Origin: Yuukianura sp. NJ FZ-2021 | Taxonomy: Eukaryota | Length of the DNA stretch: 64,000 nucleotides | Assembly: GCA_046563655.1 (NCBI GenBank) | Contig: CM102283.1 | Location: 6,572,001 to 6,636,000 of the forward strand | Direction of reading: 5' to 3' | Part shown: piece by piece, positions 12,687 through 31,900 of the stretch | Layout: every line of letters starts with the position of its first letter | How positions within the stretch are numbered: the stretch's first letter is position 1 | Notes under the pieces: generated by a model | What the model saw: only the letters and a program-made list of their open reading frames with translations | The model's database searches: none | Told to the model about the DNA's origin: nothing | Made by a program: the position numbers and the translations under genes

Positions 12687-14417
12687 ATGAGTTCCGATCT
12701 ACTTCAGTGTATCAAATCGAACGCTTCTAGTGCCAAGAAGAAGGCAACAAACGGTGGATCAATCCTGTCGACTCCATCGTGGTTCAAGTTCAAATCAAAG
12801 TCATCAAGCGATCCCAAAATGGATTTGGTTCAAGTACTGGCTATCAATGCCCTTGAACTAACAGCACCAGCAGCCTTCTTCCTACGCCCAAGTATTACTT
12901 GCTCAAATCCAGCCATCTCTCCACCACCAACTGATGCCAATCGAAGGCCGTTCATTCAAGTGTCAGGCCATCCAGGCTCCTTAGCTCCAGCTGGTCCACA
13001 TACCCTGTGGAAGAAGCAAACTGGTAATTAACATTTCAAATGATTCATGTGTCCATGATTCGCAATTTTTAGGCTGATGGCCGATTAACTTTGAACAAAA
13101 TGCGGAAAGTGATTTGACTGCATTCGATTTAAATTTAGTTTTCCTACGATGATGATTCGTGATATCGAATTTTAACTGAAGATGAAAGATACCGGCTTTA
13201 GAAATTTCAATTTCTCAAAGTTGTGGACTTGTTTGTATGAGGACAAAGGTTGTAGCAGCTTACTGCTTGCTATGTGTCGTTCTTTTAACACTAATCTAAT
13301 GGATTCAAACATGACCTCATATTTTAGGATGAACTGGATTTGGTATTCATGTATTTCTTACTTTTGAATGACGTAGATTCGAGTACTGAAGTAGATGTGT
13401 ACGAGTACCTCACAGGAAGCGATGATCCCATGAAAGCTGTCATTCCTAAGTACCACGGCAAGAAGCTCTGGAACGATGAAACTTTTCTGGAGCTGGAAGA
13501 TTTACTTGATGGATTCGGACCTTCACCGGCCATTATGGATATTAAAATGGGCTCAAGAACTTTTATGGAGAGCGAAGTTTCGAATACTAAAGCTAGAAGT
13601 GATCTCTATCAAAAGGTATTTATGGCCATTTAGCAACTAAATAGCTCATCTTCTTCAGCAGAGATAATCTTAGCCTTGTACTGGATTATAATTATGCAAA
13701 CAGGCAAACTAAATTACTCTATGTCAATGTCTTTCAGATGGTAAAAGTTGATCCAAATGCGCCAACAGCAGAGGAGCACGAAGCTGGTGCCGTTACCAAG
13801 TTACGTTACATGAAATTTCGTGAAGAGCAGTCCTCGACTTCACTCTTGTCTTTTCGTATTGAGGCCATTCAATTTCCACGCTGCAAATCCATAATGGATG
13901 TCAAAACTGCCAAGACTGAAGCTCAAGTTGGAGAAATTCTAGACAAGTTTCTACCTTCGAAGGAGCTCAAAGTTCAATTCCTTGAAAGACTTGAGCACAT
14001 GAGAGATACGCTTCAAAAGTCTGATTTTTTTATGCATCATGAGGTGAGTATTCCACTGAATTCGTGTTTCATTGAATGCATTGCATAAAACTTTGTAAAT
14101 TAACTTTTAACTTTTGGTTTAAAGGTCATCGGCAGTTCTCTTCTCATCGTGCACGATACCTCAAATCTGTCTGCCCATTTAATTGACTTTGCCAAAACTG
14201 TCAAGTCTCCCACAAAGTTAAGTCATACCAAACCATGGGATATGGGAAACCACGAGGACGGATATCTAAATGGCCTGTCCAATTTGATTAGCGTAAGCAA
14301 ATTACTAAAATATACAAAGAGAGGATGACAGCATTAGAATTTTGAACCGGATCAAAGTAGCCTTCAAATCTAATGACTTTTTATTGACGTCTGCAGATAT
14401 TAGAGTGTCAGCTATAA
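12687..14417 (+). CDS. IP3K1: Inositol-1,4,5-trisphosphate 3-kinase (IP3K1-like); exons 12687-13023, 13377-13615, 13738-14043, 14125-14292, 14397-14417
   Basis: Motifs QVLAINALELTAPA, QVSGHPGSLAPAG, PAIMDIKMGSRTF, HEVIGSSLL, LIDFAKT, NHEDGYL. Splice phases are consistent. The start could lie further upstream (acceptor at 12650). Confidence 0.92.
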
Positions 14418-16170
14418 ATTCCAAAAAATAACAATGGATTATGGGAACAAGACGGGAGTTGGGAGTCGAACACTCGCTGCTGGATCCTAGTCAATTGCTC
14501 TTATTCATGTTAAAATGAGCTGGGAACAACTAAAACTACTCCTCAAAATGTTCATCATTTCCATATACATAAAGCCCCCCTTATATAATCTACTTTTATT
14601 TATGAAAACTCCCTTTAGAATTGTCTAAAGTTATTATATTTAAAATTATTTTAATAGTAGGAGCAGGTTGACCTAAATGCCCCCTATTGTATTTTACTCA
14701 GAGATTAGCCTACTATCGAGGAAAACAAGATAAGGACAGACAATGGTGGTGGATGACCTCAATGCGGGTTTCATTCCAACGTGCAACTGTTTTCGCACGT
14801 CGCGTCTTGCGTGTGTACACATATAATTAATGCCGAAATCTATTAATACCTCCAATTCACCACCAAACATCCCGTTTTTCTTAGTTTCTAATTTCCAGCA
14901 TAAGAACTACCAACCTGTTGCAGGTCTTTGTACAAAGCTAATTTTTAAATGTTCGCAGCTTTTACAAAAAGTTTGTAAACATCATTCCGAAACTCGTTTG
15001 TTAAAGGGGCCATTGACCTCTGAGCTCTCTCCCTATAAGGCTCGCTTTTGATTAATTAATATAATAATATAAGTCGGGATTTATACTATTTTTCGATATT
15101 TATATAAATTGTAAAGTAGGGTTTAAAAGAAGTACGAAAAATAGTTGCAAATTATATTAAACACTTGAACTAATTTTTTAAATTTCCAAAATTCAAAATA
15201 AAAAGCTAATGAAAGAAACCTGGGGGAAGTTCTCCGTTTTTTAAAACCCATAAAAAATAATAGTCGTTTTTAGAAACGTCTAAAAATTCAGAGGTTTTGC
15301 ATAATGACTTGACTAGTTGTTGTATTTATTATCCAAGAAACAATAGAAAAACGTTTTTTGAGAATATTTACAACAAAGTGAAAAGTGGAAACACAAAACA
15401 GGAGTAGAAATTCTTCGTCGGTATTTTAGCATTACTTTTTTGTTAGCAAAACGCTGAAAACAAACTTGTTCTTGAAAATCATTTTGAAATGCGAATCAAT
15501 TCTTGAACAATTTGGTATAAAATTTTTTAGTTTTTCTTAACAATTCAAGGGAATTTGACAAAGTTGTTCTTCGTTTTTCCTTTGTTACCGTAACGGGTAC
15601 GATCGTGTTACAATTAATTGCATAAAGTCAATTAATCATGAGTATACATAAAGTAAATTACCGTATGTTGTTGATTAGGAGAAAAATTTGTTGGCTAGAA
15701 TCAAAATTTAGGACAGTTTTTTGTTCTTTGGACACATGATTACACAATGTATAAGTCTTAAAATACTCAAGAACAAATTCGCACTTCAAAGTTTTAATTT
15801 ATACTAAAAACAACACAATTAATTAACTAATAATAGTAGAAGCCCAAATAGTAATAATATCTAAACAACCAGGCAGACTCAAACAATGCCATACTGCTGA
15901 ACAGCATCTTCCAGTAACATTAGGTTACGAAGTATAACCTAACTTCTTAGGAAGTTGCGGAAGTCTTAAGTCTTGAATATAAGTACCCAAAACCGTGCAC
16001 TTTTTTCTGTAAAGTTACACAAACCATGTATAAGGGCGGGACGACATGGAAATTTAGGCTGCAATGATCGTTAATCAATTAACAATCATTGTTAAAACTG
16101 AATTGTTGTTCGTGTGAGCGTATAGTCTGGCAAGGATTAACTTAGGAATGGCCGTTTTTGTTGAACCACG

Positions 16171-21539
<5,369 letters not shown>

Positions 21540-22746
21540 ACTCTAGATTCCTGAAGCAAGAACTAGCCGCAACCTTGGAAGTTGTTCTAAATGTTAGCTG
21601 GACATGGACATCTTTACTCCATATGGTGTGGACACAGGATTTTTCGAAATACTGACACCTTTACCTACCAGGAGTATGCTATTCACCTAACAAACACAAT
21701 AAACAAAGACAAATTAACATAAAAACTCTCAGCTGATGACGTTTTGTGTCCAATACCAATGTTACACCATACAATTACCTAAGCTTTCCGGTTTCGGTTT
21801 AACAGCGAAGATCAGTCTTCTTTGTGTTGATCAGTCGATTAATATCAGGCTCCAGCGACAGTCATTCCTCATCGGCTAAATTTATGATCAATCTTCACCT
21901 AAGTTTCCCTTTGTGTGCTAAATTTCTGTTTCTTCGTGTAATTTTTTATGACCTTGTCAATATTCGTCTCCCAAACGTTGCCGTGTATCACTTTCGTTTT
22001 CGTCGTCTCGAGTAGGTTAGCTACGGTAACTAATTAAAGGGATTAAAGGAGTTGTAATTAAACTTGAATTGGTTTTCTACACAACCTAAGAATGAAATGA
22101 TAAGGGCAGGGAAACAGTTTTTTACTAAACACCACCCATGTGAAATCCCATTCAGAAAAAAGTGACACATCTCTGCTCCTTCCTCTGTGCTCTCCTGCCA
22201 TCTCTCTCGTCGCCCTCGCCCCACTTCATACGTTGGACCAATCAGAATCTTAGAAATCGCTTCAAACTACTTAAGCTTCTTCAGGTAAGGTAGTAATTGA
22301 CTTAAACTACGTTTGTTGTGATTTAGGTCTTTGGATTTATTTGACAGCTAATAGCTCAAAAAATTTGAAGAGGGCAAACATAAACTCAACTTTATACTTG
22401 AATTTTTGAACAATTTGTCCAAGTTTTCTTGGTTTCTAAATAAGTAGTGTATCCTAGAAAGGTACGTTCGTTTGACCGTGAGCGTTCCATTGACTAAATG
22501 TCGTCACGAAACAGAAAATTTAAAATCATAATAGCATAATTCAAGCAGTACTTTTGACGAAAATTTTAGGGCAACTCTATTTTTTACTATTGGAGGGTTA
22601 TATTGTTGTAAGTTGTAGTGGTGACTGATTGTGGTTGAACTTTCTGGCTTACTAACGTCTCTTCTTCCAGCATTTCCCGGGTATTCTTCACATGCATCCG
22701 TAAAATGGATCCGCCATCCTCCACATACTATTTGAGTTTGAGTAGT

Positions 22747-23883
22747 TCAAGCCTTTGCGGCCAGGGCCTTGTCAATGGCAGCACACGTTTGACTAAAAAT
22801 GATGTCCGCATCAGTGTCCGCTGGGATTGTAGCTACCTTTGAGGCGTAGTGGGCCATCACGGGCTCTGAGTGCTTGTGGAACGTGTCCAGTCGTAGTTTT
22901 ATTGTCTCCTCGTTGTCATCTACTCGGCCTGAGCTGAGTCCACGTCCAAGAAGACGTTTCGTCATAGTTTCATCTGAGCAGTTGTAGTAGAGAATCAATG
23001 TACAAGGGGCAATCTACAAACATAACAAGAACGTAAAGAGAGAGTCACATAAATGAAAATTTTCATTATTAAACAGGAAAGGTTTGATTGGTTTTACTTT
23101 GGACTCAAAATCGATTCCTTGCTCGACCTCCCGAGGGTAACCGTCGATGAGAAAGCCTTTGGCGGAAGACAGGTTCTTCTCAATGGCCGCTTTAATAAGG
23201 TCGAGAACTACTTCTCGGGGGACGAGAATTCCTTTGGACATGATGTCGTTGAGTTCCTTGCCCTTGGCTGAGCCAGAGGCGACTTCGTCACGAAGGAGAT
23301 CACCAGAGGACAAGTGGATGAAGCCGTACTTTTCGACTAGCCGAGCACATTGTGTTCCTTTTCCTGACCCAGGGCCACCAAGTACCCAAAAGATTGGAAC
23401 CGCTTTTAGTTTCTGAAAGAAAAAGTTCAAAATTACTAAGGATTAAGGATAGCATGTATTTTGTTTAGCGACCCCCTGAGCATTTGATTTCGCTTACATA
23501 CGGACTAGGAGGTCGCTTGTTCTTTTTCCCTACACCACACATGCTAGGTCAGTAGGTCAGTTGACCTCACAAGGCCTAAATTTTGATTTTAAAAATTTTG
23601 ACAATGCCCGTAGCATGGGCGCTGTGAATAAAAATCAATGAAAAGCGACGGACGAAATTCTGCGTAAAATTTTCATTATCTTCTGACCTTTGTGTCGTCG
23701 TTGTTTGTTTATCAAAACTATTGACTTTAATTTATTCCGATACCAGTTTCCACAGCAACAAAAAACGTTAATTTCTATACTTTGGCTGAAATAAACTGAA
23801 GTTTTTCAATTTTGAAATTATTCTAGATTACAGACTGCAGTAAAAGCTTAAGATTTTTCATTACTTACCTCGTCACCACTCAT
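22747..23883 (-). CDS. Adk1: Adenylate kinase 1; exons 23883-23869 (or alternative 23542-23498), 23412-23098, 23013-22747
   Basis: P-loop [29 protein letters not shown] and short [18 protein letters not shown]. Confidence 0.95.
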
Positions 23884-25077
23884 GGTTTCCCAGTTAGTTT
23901 GATTTAAAATACGAAACTGTTAGCCCAACAGCGACTCAGACTTCAGTAGGTGTATGAGATCGTAGATCCGAATCGGTCGAGCGTAGAAGTTCAACTGGGT
24001 GTCGTCCAAGATTAAAATTGGACTGAAATAGTTGTTCAAAAGTAATTTCCGAATCCGGACTTGGCTCGTTATCCGAAAATCGTCGTCAGCTAACAGGGCC
24101 GGTTTTCGTTAGTTCACGGTCTTCAATGAACTGGAACTGAGGCAGTGGGGCAAGGTCTCCCTGGGCTTGACTAGTCTTCCGTCGATTCCGCCCGTCCTAG
24201 TCAGTGCCTCGCTCGGTTTTAAAACCTGGGACAAAAATAGAATCGATTAAGATATACCCCAGATGATGTTAAGGTTTAGAACAGTACATACGTGGAATTC
24301 GGTTGACGACGATGAGCCCGGGGAAGGAGTAGGTGTCTGAAGTTCGAGGATGATGGAGACCAGCCAAGAGTGGAACCGGGCCAGGACAAGGACAAGGTCA
24401 TTTGCAGAATAAGGAGCAGACGAACCTCTAGAACAAGCCAAGGAGCCACACTCGACAGTCGATATCCACTCGTCCTCCCCGTTGGTAGTCCACCAAGAAA
24501 AACTAAAGAAATAATTCACACATATCTAAGAGTGAAGTACTATGTACTAAAACAGTACTTACAATAGATAACAACGGGACGAGGACAGACACGAGGAATT
24601 GAGCCTATTTCCCACTCCCTCCTCGACTTCGGCAATTTCTTTGAGACTATAAACGGCTACTGTAACATGTGACATAAGATTTGAAGTAAATTATGAAGAT
24701 GACGTTAGAAAATCAGCACATGATGCTTTAAGGCCAAAGGTCAAGATGATGATTTCAGGTCAAAGGTCAGCAGGGTCAATAGTTATAAGCACACTTCTTA
24801 AAAGTTAACGCGTAACGATCAGAATCTGACCGCCAGACTTTACTCATCCGTAGGCATAAATCACCAGTCAAGTTGACAAGTTTTTACCTACCAAACAAAA
24901 CTGCTTTTATGCTTGGCAAGTTTTCATTTTGCAGTGACCTTGTTTAATCAGTGCTCCAACCCAAAGCATTCTTAAAAGTGGATACATTTAGCTTCTAAGA
25001 GCATACCTAATAACTGTGATTAACTTTTCCGCTTTGCTTGACTTTAAACTTTTTAAATGTCAGACGTATCCAGTTTT

Positions 25078-25190
25078 CGCGTAATTGCTACCTGGGGTAA
25101 ATTTACCCCAGGTAGCAATTACGCGGAGCTAAATTTACGTAAATTGTAAATCTGGTAAACTAGATTTGCAATTTACATAAATTTAGCTCC
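25078..25190. repeat. Two abutting long palindromes: a perfect 48-bp palindrome (25078-25125) and a 66-bp hairpin (25125-25190)
   Basis: CGCGTAATTGCTACCTGGGGTAAA|TTTACCCCAGGTAGCAATTACGCG, then 31-bp arms (GGAGCTAAATTTAC...TAAATTTAGCTCC) with 3 mismatches and a 4-nt loop. Confidence 0.92.
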
Positions 25191-25979
25191 ATAAAGTGTA
25201 AATAAGTTAGTTAAGTTAAATGACATACTTAAATTATTGAACAATTGTGGTTACTGCGGAGTGTGGAGTTCCTCAACTTTTGTTGAACTTGAACGATTGA
25301 TTTATTAGCGCAAGATATGTTACTGCACAAATAATTACTAAATCGACCTCATAAGAATAGGGAAAGCAACCCCAACATAATTACATAACGACCCAAAATA
25401 ATTTCTATTTTCAAAATTTTGGAATTCGAATTCGATTAATTTTTTTTAGAAACTGGTTGTTCTTTCACTTGTTACTTTCTAGAACAATGAGGTATAAAAT
25501 ATTCACAAAACTGAGAATTGAAATTCTGAAACTTCAAAAAAGTTTTAATAGGATTAAAAAATTGTCCATTCAAAAGAAAAGTAAAAGTACTGCGCAGTAT
25601 TTACAGATTTGAGGAAATTTTTCATCCAGCAGCAGGGTATTTGTATGAGATTTTCTTTACTTTCTCCATTCAGTTCTCCGCTGAACTTTCCCTCGAACAC
25701 ATTCTGCTCTCCCTCCAGCACTTCCTGGATGCTTGCAACGTGCCCAAGCACGTGCTCCAGCATAACCTACGAAGTTTATACTTTCAAGCATTTTCAAGCG
25801 AAACCGACTCTCTAACACTAAAAATCCTCCAGAAGCCATTAATTAGTTGCAGGAAATTAGGAGAAAGAAAGCTGCTAAGCTCGGGTGTAATCAAAACCCA
25901 ATTAACCGCTTTCACACTTCCCAGCAGAGAGTGTCGACTTTTTGTCATTTATTATTAGTCGGCGGAGAAAGTTCACAAA

Positions 25980-28900
25980 ATGTCACTTTGTCACTTTGTG
26001 CTCTTCCTGGGGCTCTACTTCTGCTTTCTACACTTTACAGGTATCAACTAATTAAGTAGCTGTCACAAACACCAACATAAGATTCATAACACCAAGATGC
26101 CAGGAAATACGGTATTTTCTGTCATAAAGGCACTGTCAGTGTCCAAAACTTTAAGAACGAAAAACTTTAGCAAAAGACGCGCGTCGCCTGAGGAAGTTTT
26201 GAATTTTGAAAATTTAAAATTCCAAAATTAAAACTTTACCATTGCCGCTATAACTTATACAAGCGTGCATGGTTCCAGGTAATTTGGTCGGAATTGGATT
26301 GGTCGAAAACGCAGAGGTCGGCAAATCTAACCTACCCCTAGCATTAGAAAGATTAACCAAACCTAACCTAAATCCCATATACGCCTGCCGACCTCTGCGT
26401 TTCCGACCAATTCACTTCCGACCAAATAACCTGCTACGAGCGTGCATCGTAACTAATCTTTAAAAACAGCATTTAGGTTGAAAAGTTCAACGTAAAAACT
26501 AATTAATGTTAATTACATTAACTTTTAGACGCATCATGGGCATCGTGGCGTCACCCGGAATTTCATGCCGACTTCCACAGCAGATCCGGTCGTCGATTGA
26601 AGAATCCCCGCAATGCTCCTTCTGAATACTGTCCGCGTGACGAAGTTTTGGCGACGCAACAGGGCCGAACATGTCTTAGGAAATGCGTTTCCGACGAAGA
26701 TTGCAAAAGTAAGCGCAAGAAATGTCTCTGCGATGGACCTTGTGGACTCAGCTGTATCAAACCAGGTAAATTTTTTATGAGAAACTTGCGCAAATTACTA
26801 ATTTGTGCGAGAATCTAATACCTTCATTTTTCAAATTGTAATTTCCAAAGTTTTGAACCATGAAGAAACTTCTAGAAGCCTCTAGAATCGCTGGAGCTGG
26901 AAAAGCCATTTGAGTTTGTTCATTTTATGACACGGTTCATGAACTTGATCTGAGTCCTTGAACAGGATCCAAAGACATTAAAATTTTAGTAATTAACTTT
27001 ACTAAGTAATTAATACGGAAAGTGCATAAAAACATAACTTTCTAAATAACACTTTTTAGCCTAAAGGTTTACTTAAGAAATCTCCGTCTTGCAGAACGTG
27101 TGCTTTTTTCTGTCGAGCAAGACATAAAAAAGTGTGCCGCCAAAACTTCGAATTTTGTTAGACTGTTAAAAAATTCTTTTCAAAAAGTTGAAATCGTAAG
27201 CCTTTTTAAGTTTTCCCGCCCTGCAAGCAATGAAGTTCTACAGAAAAGGAGGCGGGAAAATTCAATTCAATACAAAAAGTTAACAAAACTGCTTGCTTTC
27301 TCCATTCAGCGAAGAGGGAAAGTTTGCTTTTGAAGGAAAACTTTCAAATTTTCTCTTGCTTCTTCTTTCTTCTCCCGCGTGGGAATTCTTTTTCTTTCGT
27401 TTTTCAAAGAAAAGCCAAGTGAAAGTTCAGGTTTATTAAGGCTTTTGTCGCCTTCTCGACATAACACATAGTTACTTCTTCCATTTCCTGCATTCCCGGT
27501 ATTAATTTTTAAAATTTTACACGGATTTGGAAAAACAATTTGAAAAATGAAAAAAGAAAAAACAGTCTGCAGTAGCGTTTCAAAAAAAACGGAACAACAA
27601 AATTTAATCAAAATTTCCATGCTTTCCTGCTCGTGCTTTTTTTTAAAAAAAAAGGTAAGGCAGTACCTTCGAAATTTCAATTTCAGAAATCGTGTTTTTA
27701 AAAGACAGATTTCAAAAAATCCCACCCTGATTTAGTCCCACTTTTGTTTGAATTCATGGACTTCTTTAAGCTCTCTCTTTGTTCAACCCATCAAATCAAA
27801 ATTCAGAGCAGTGCAGCACCCACTTTCAGTTGTCAAGTGAAAGTGATTCTTAGCAACCCGATTTCCCAGAACTGGAGCACACAAACCTTTAGTAAATGGT
27901 ATGGAAAAGACATGGAACGTGTTTGAGATGTTGGCGGGCAGATTAGAACGGAAAAGCAGCATTATAAGGATTCTATTGTCTCGGATCCGCCCAGTAATGA
28001 ACAAAGGCACTTCGAATTTCCAAGGATTCTGAAAAGAAAGAAAGTGAAAGTGACTCTTTTCACACCTCCCGGAACGAGAAAAAGTTCATGGACCAATGAA
28101 TATTACTTTTTTAAATTTTTCAAAATTGAAATTTTGAAAAGCCCGGCGGGAGACGTGCCTGGGCAAGATTTGATCATGATCAATAGATCCGGGGGGCTCT
28201 TAAGTGGCCTTTACTTGGCTCTGTCGAATTGCCTACCAATGAGGCACAGGTGAAACAGGCCAAAGATGAGATCTGAATACGGAATGAGCAGTTATTGGCG
28301 GGAAATTAGAAAACGGCTTTCACTCCCGCTCCTTTTCAAAAATTTTCCCGGCCATTTTGGGCCGCTTACAATGCTGGAATTCGATTGGTTCACGACGAAA
28401 AGCCTTAGTCAGTCACTTCCCGCTTGTTTGTTTATGGGCTTAAAGTACTGCTGGGTGTTTGGAAGTTCTTTGAAAAGTACTTCTCGTATGTAGCCATGAT
28501 GGGTTCCTTAATAACAGGCGGATTGTAAAGGATTAGAGATTTGAGTTACTCAACGTTTTTCGTATTTGGTTCAAAAGTTGCCGCAATTAAAGGATTGAAT
28601 TCCACCGTGGCGGATTATGTTACTTGGCTGAGCCTGAGGTGACAACTTATTGTAAACTTTTAAGATATACGAACTTAAGCCAATCGTAAGGCGAACGAAA
28701 GTGTAGAAGTAATCGAATGTTCAGTCAATTGATTAATCTCCGTCTAAAGTAGTATCCAAAATGGCCCAGCGGGAATATCATCACGTGACCCTGTTTTAAT
28801 TACCGATTTTTTGATTAACCGAATCAAACTCCTGGAATTCAAAAGAAAATCACCACGTTATGCACAGGCATAAGTTACTTTAACACATCAGATTAACTGC

Positions 28901-31900
28901 AATAGAAATCAAACGTAAAAGACAAGTATTTTATAGTAATCATAATTTACTAAAGTATATTTCAAGTTTAGTAAGTTAGGATGATTTGTAATAAGAGGGA
29001 CGAATCAAGAAAAAAATCAGCTTAGGGTTATTTCTTTACATTTCAAAGGCTAAGGTGGTAAAGTCGTCCTTTGGACAAACGTTTTACGGTAGTGAGTGAC
29101 ATGGCTGAAAATTGGGTATATCGTAATCAATCACTACTAATATTTAAGTTGTATTTTTAGTTATAAGTGTATTTCATATTGCTGCTGCAGCAAATCTGGT
29201 GACGATGACCTGTGATGAGGTTGTTTAGCGTTGGGTTATGACTTGGCCGCCTTCTTCTCCGCTTCCTTGGCCTTCATCTTGGCCCGTTGTTCTTCCTTGG
29301 CCTTCCCGCCTTTCGGCTTGTTCTTCTCCGACTTGGAATTCGGTTTCGGGACGAATTCCTTCTTCTCCGACTTTGGTGGCATGTCTGCTCCGTGGATGTG
29401 GATGAACTCCTAAAACGTCAATTAAATACACACAATTAGTTTAGCCGTTCGCATGTCATTGACACCATGTCAGTGTCGTGTTTATAAACATGTTTACCAA
29501 GTACGAGCATAGTTACAACTAAAACGAGCCGTTATGGGCTACCAGCCGTTATAACGGCTTGGCCACCGCAACTCCAGCCTCCAGCCACCCCTTCCCTCAC
29601 AAAAAATTGGCAAGGACAAAGGAAAGGCAAACGGGATTGGTTGATACGCGCTAACTAGCATTAACATTAACATTTATATGGCTTGTTACTCTCATTCATG
29701 AAGTGTTACATTCAATTAAGTTGTACTTACCGAGATTAGTAACACAGACGTGTGTGGCTGAAACTTAATGAATCGTTGTTAGATTGATGTGTAGATGTGC
29801 TGTTTGAAGAAGTAGAAGCGAAGAAGTGTTCGTGTCTGTCCTGGATTCTTCTGGATTCTTTGGTAGTTTGTTGACTATAGAGCGGGTATAAGGTGACTTT
29901 GAAATTGGGGCATGGAAAATAGAAGCGCAGCGAGCAGAGGGTTGGCCAAATCTCCGCCAAGTCGGAGCGTCCCGAACGTATCCAAACGACAATAGCCAAT
30001 ACATAGGCTTTTGTTCGTTTTCAAAACATAACCTAATATTAAAACATAACCTAACAACAGCCTTCACAAACATAATACTATGAATTAATGATTAACTTAA
30101 TCAATTATTTACATTTGACACAATTTTAGACATCACGCTAAGAAAAAAGCTGACGACGATGCCAAAAAGCGAAAACGTCGGAGGCAAAGTCAAAACTCGA
30201 AATAAAATATTTAAAAAATTCCAATTCAAAATTTATTTAGTCAATAAAGTTTACTTAAATTCTTAAAATTCCGATTTTCTCTGACGAATCTGAAATATTA
30301 AAAAAAGTTCCAGAAATTTTTGAAAACAGATTCAATTTTTGCAAATTAAAAAAAAATTCTCCGAGCAGATCCAATTTTTTCCAATTTGCTTTTTCCACTT
30401 TCACCGAAAGTCTCCATTTTCAATTCCGTTGAGAGTGAAAAAAATCTAATCCTTGCGGCATGGAAGTCTACACCAGGTTCTCAGCTTTAAAAAAATTTTC
30501 GAAACCAAAAACCCGTAATTGAAAATTTCGGAAATGAAAAATGTTCATAACCATTTTTTGGAAATTTAGAATCAGTAAAACAAGAGAAGAGAAAGAGACA
30601 GAGATGAATGAAAAAGGAAAGTGAAAGTAAATTAGTTTTTCTCCATTTCATTAGACTGCTGCACACGAGCACCTAGGGCTTTCTCCTGTCAAATTGATAC
30701 AGCAAGTACCCCCCCCCCCCTTCTCGCCAAGTCCCCCTCCCCTGTTTCCTTGATTTGCTCCCTGTAGATGCTACTGATTTAAAGGATTAAGGTCATGTCA
30801 CACTCCAAGGAGCTCCATACTTGCTCAAGAGTGGTTACCATGCCATAGGTTATGCCATTTTCAAAAGTTCCCGGGCAAAGTGGCATGCCTAAGGTTAGAT
30901 TTAGTAGTGGCAAGGAATAACTCTATTAAGGAATTCCCCTACCACTTTCTCTTGTATCCCGAATTCCCAGAAGCGGAATTTCATCTTCAGGTGAAAAAGC
31001 GGTTGACTGCCTCCGTGCTGTTCAATGCTCTTCTATAGTAATTGGCTCCAATACTTTCTCCCCGAATTCGTGTTAGGATAAAAACACGCCTTTTGCCTAA
31101 CCTATAACCTAATCTAATGGTGTCTAACAGTGTTGCTGGATATCCACTTTTCCGACATTTCATCCAGGGCTGGCTATCCAGTGGAAGAAATGGACGAAAT
31201 CGATGAATCCAAATGGGCGGAGCTTCGCCCGTGTGGCTTGAATTATTATATGCAAAAAGCTTAAACTATTCAAAATACCGTAAAAAACGAAGGAAATATG
31301 TTTTTTTAAAGAGTTTTAAATAAATAATTAATTTTCACGATGAAAGAAACTCTTTTTAAATTTTGCAATTTAATTTTTCTTTTTTTGAATTCCTCGCTAA
31401 ATTGTTAATTTCTTCCGTCCATAAAAGTTTCATCCATTTCGGGTGCATTTCTTCCAGTGGAAGTCCACTAGACGCTTAAGCGTCCAGCTACACTGGTGTC
31501 TAACATAACCTGGCCTAACTTTAACCTAACCTTGAGCCTGTTATTTGGTTTCTGTTTTTACAGAAAAGGAATGCGGAGATCCAGAATCGCCGGCAGAACT
31601 GGGAGAAGTGCATGTGACAGGGAAAGTGTTTGGATCCAAGGCTGTGTACTCGTGTCCAGAAGGATTCCGTCTCGTTGGACTTGAAGAAAGAGTGTGTCAG
31701 GCAGATGGAACCTGGTCAGCATCACCACCCGCCTGCAAAAAGAACAGTAAGACACGACAATCATTGTTTCCTATCGATTCCCTACAAACTACAAGCATTC
31801 CTAGCATTTTCGTTTACGTTTTTAAAAAAAAAAGCGAGAGAAAAGAGAAAGAAACAGCAAAATTGTCTTTGCTGAATCGCTGTTTTGTTTTTTCGCGGAT

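Noticed and set aside
27210-28310. Several TTTCCCGCC/GGCGGGAAA (E2F-like) words
   Set aside because: The same word recurs throughout non-coding parts of the window and looks like a genome-wide background motif.
30820-30965. Possible third MITE (CAAGAGTGGT...ACCACTTTCTCTTG)
   Set aside because: The inverted ends are too degenerate and no TSD was found.
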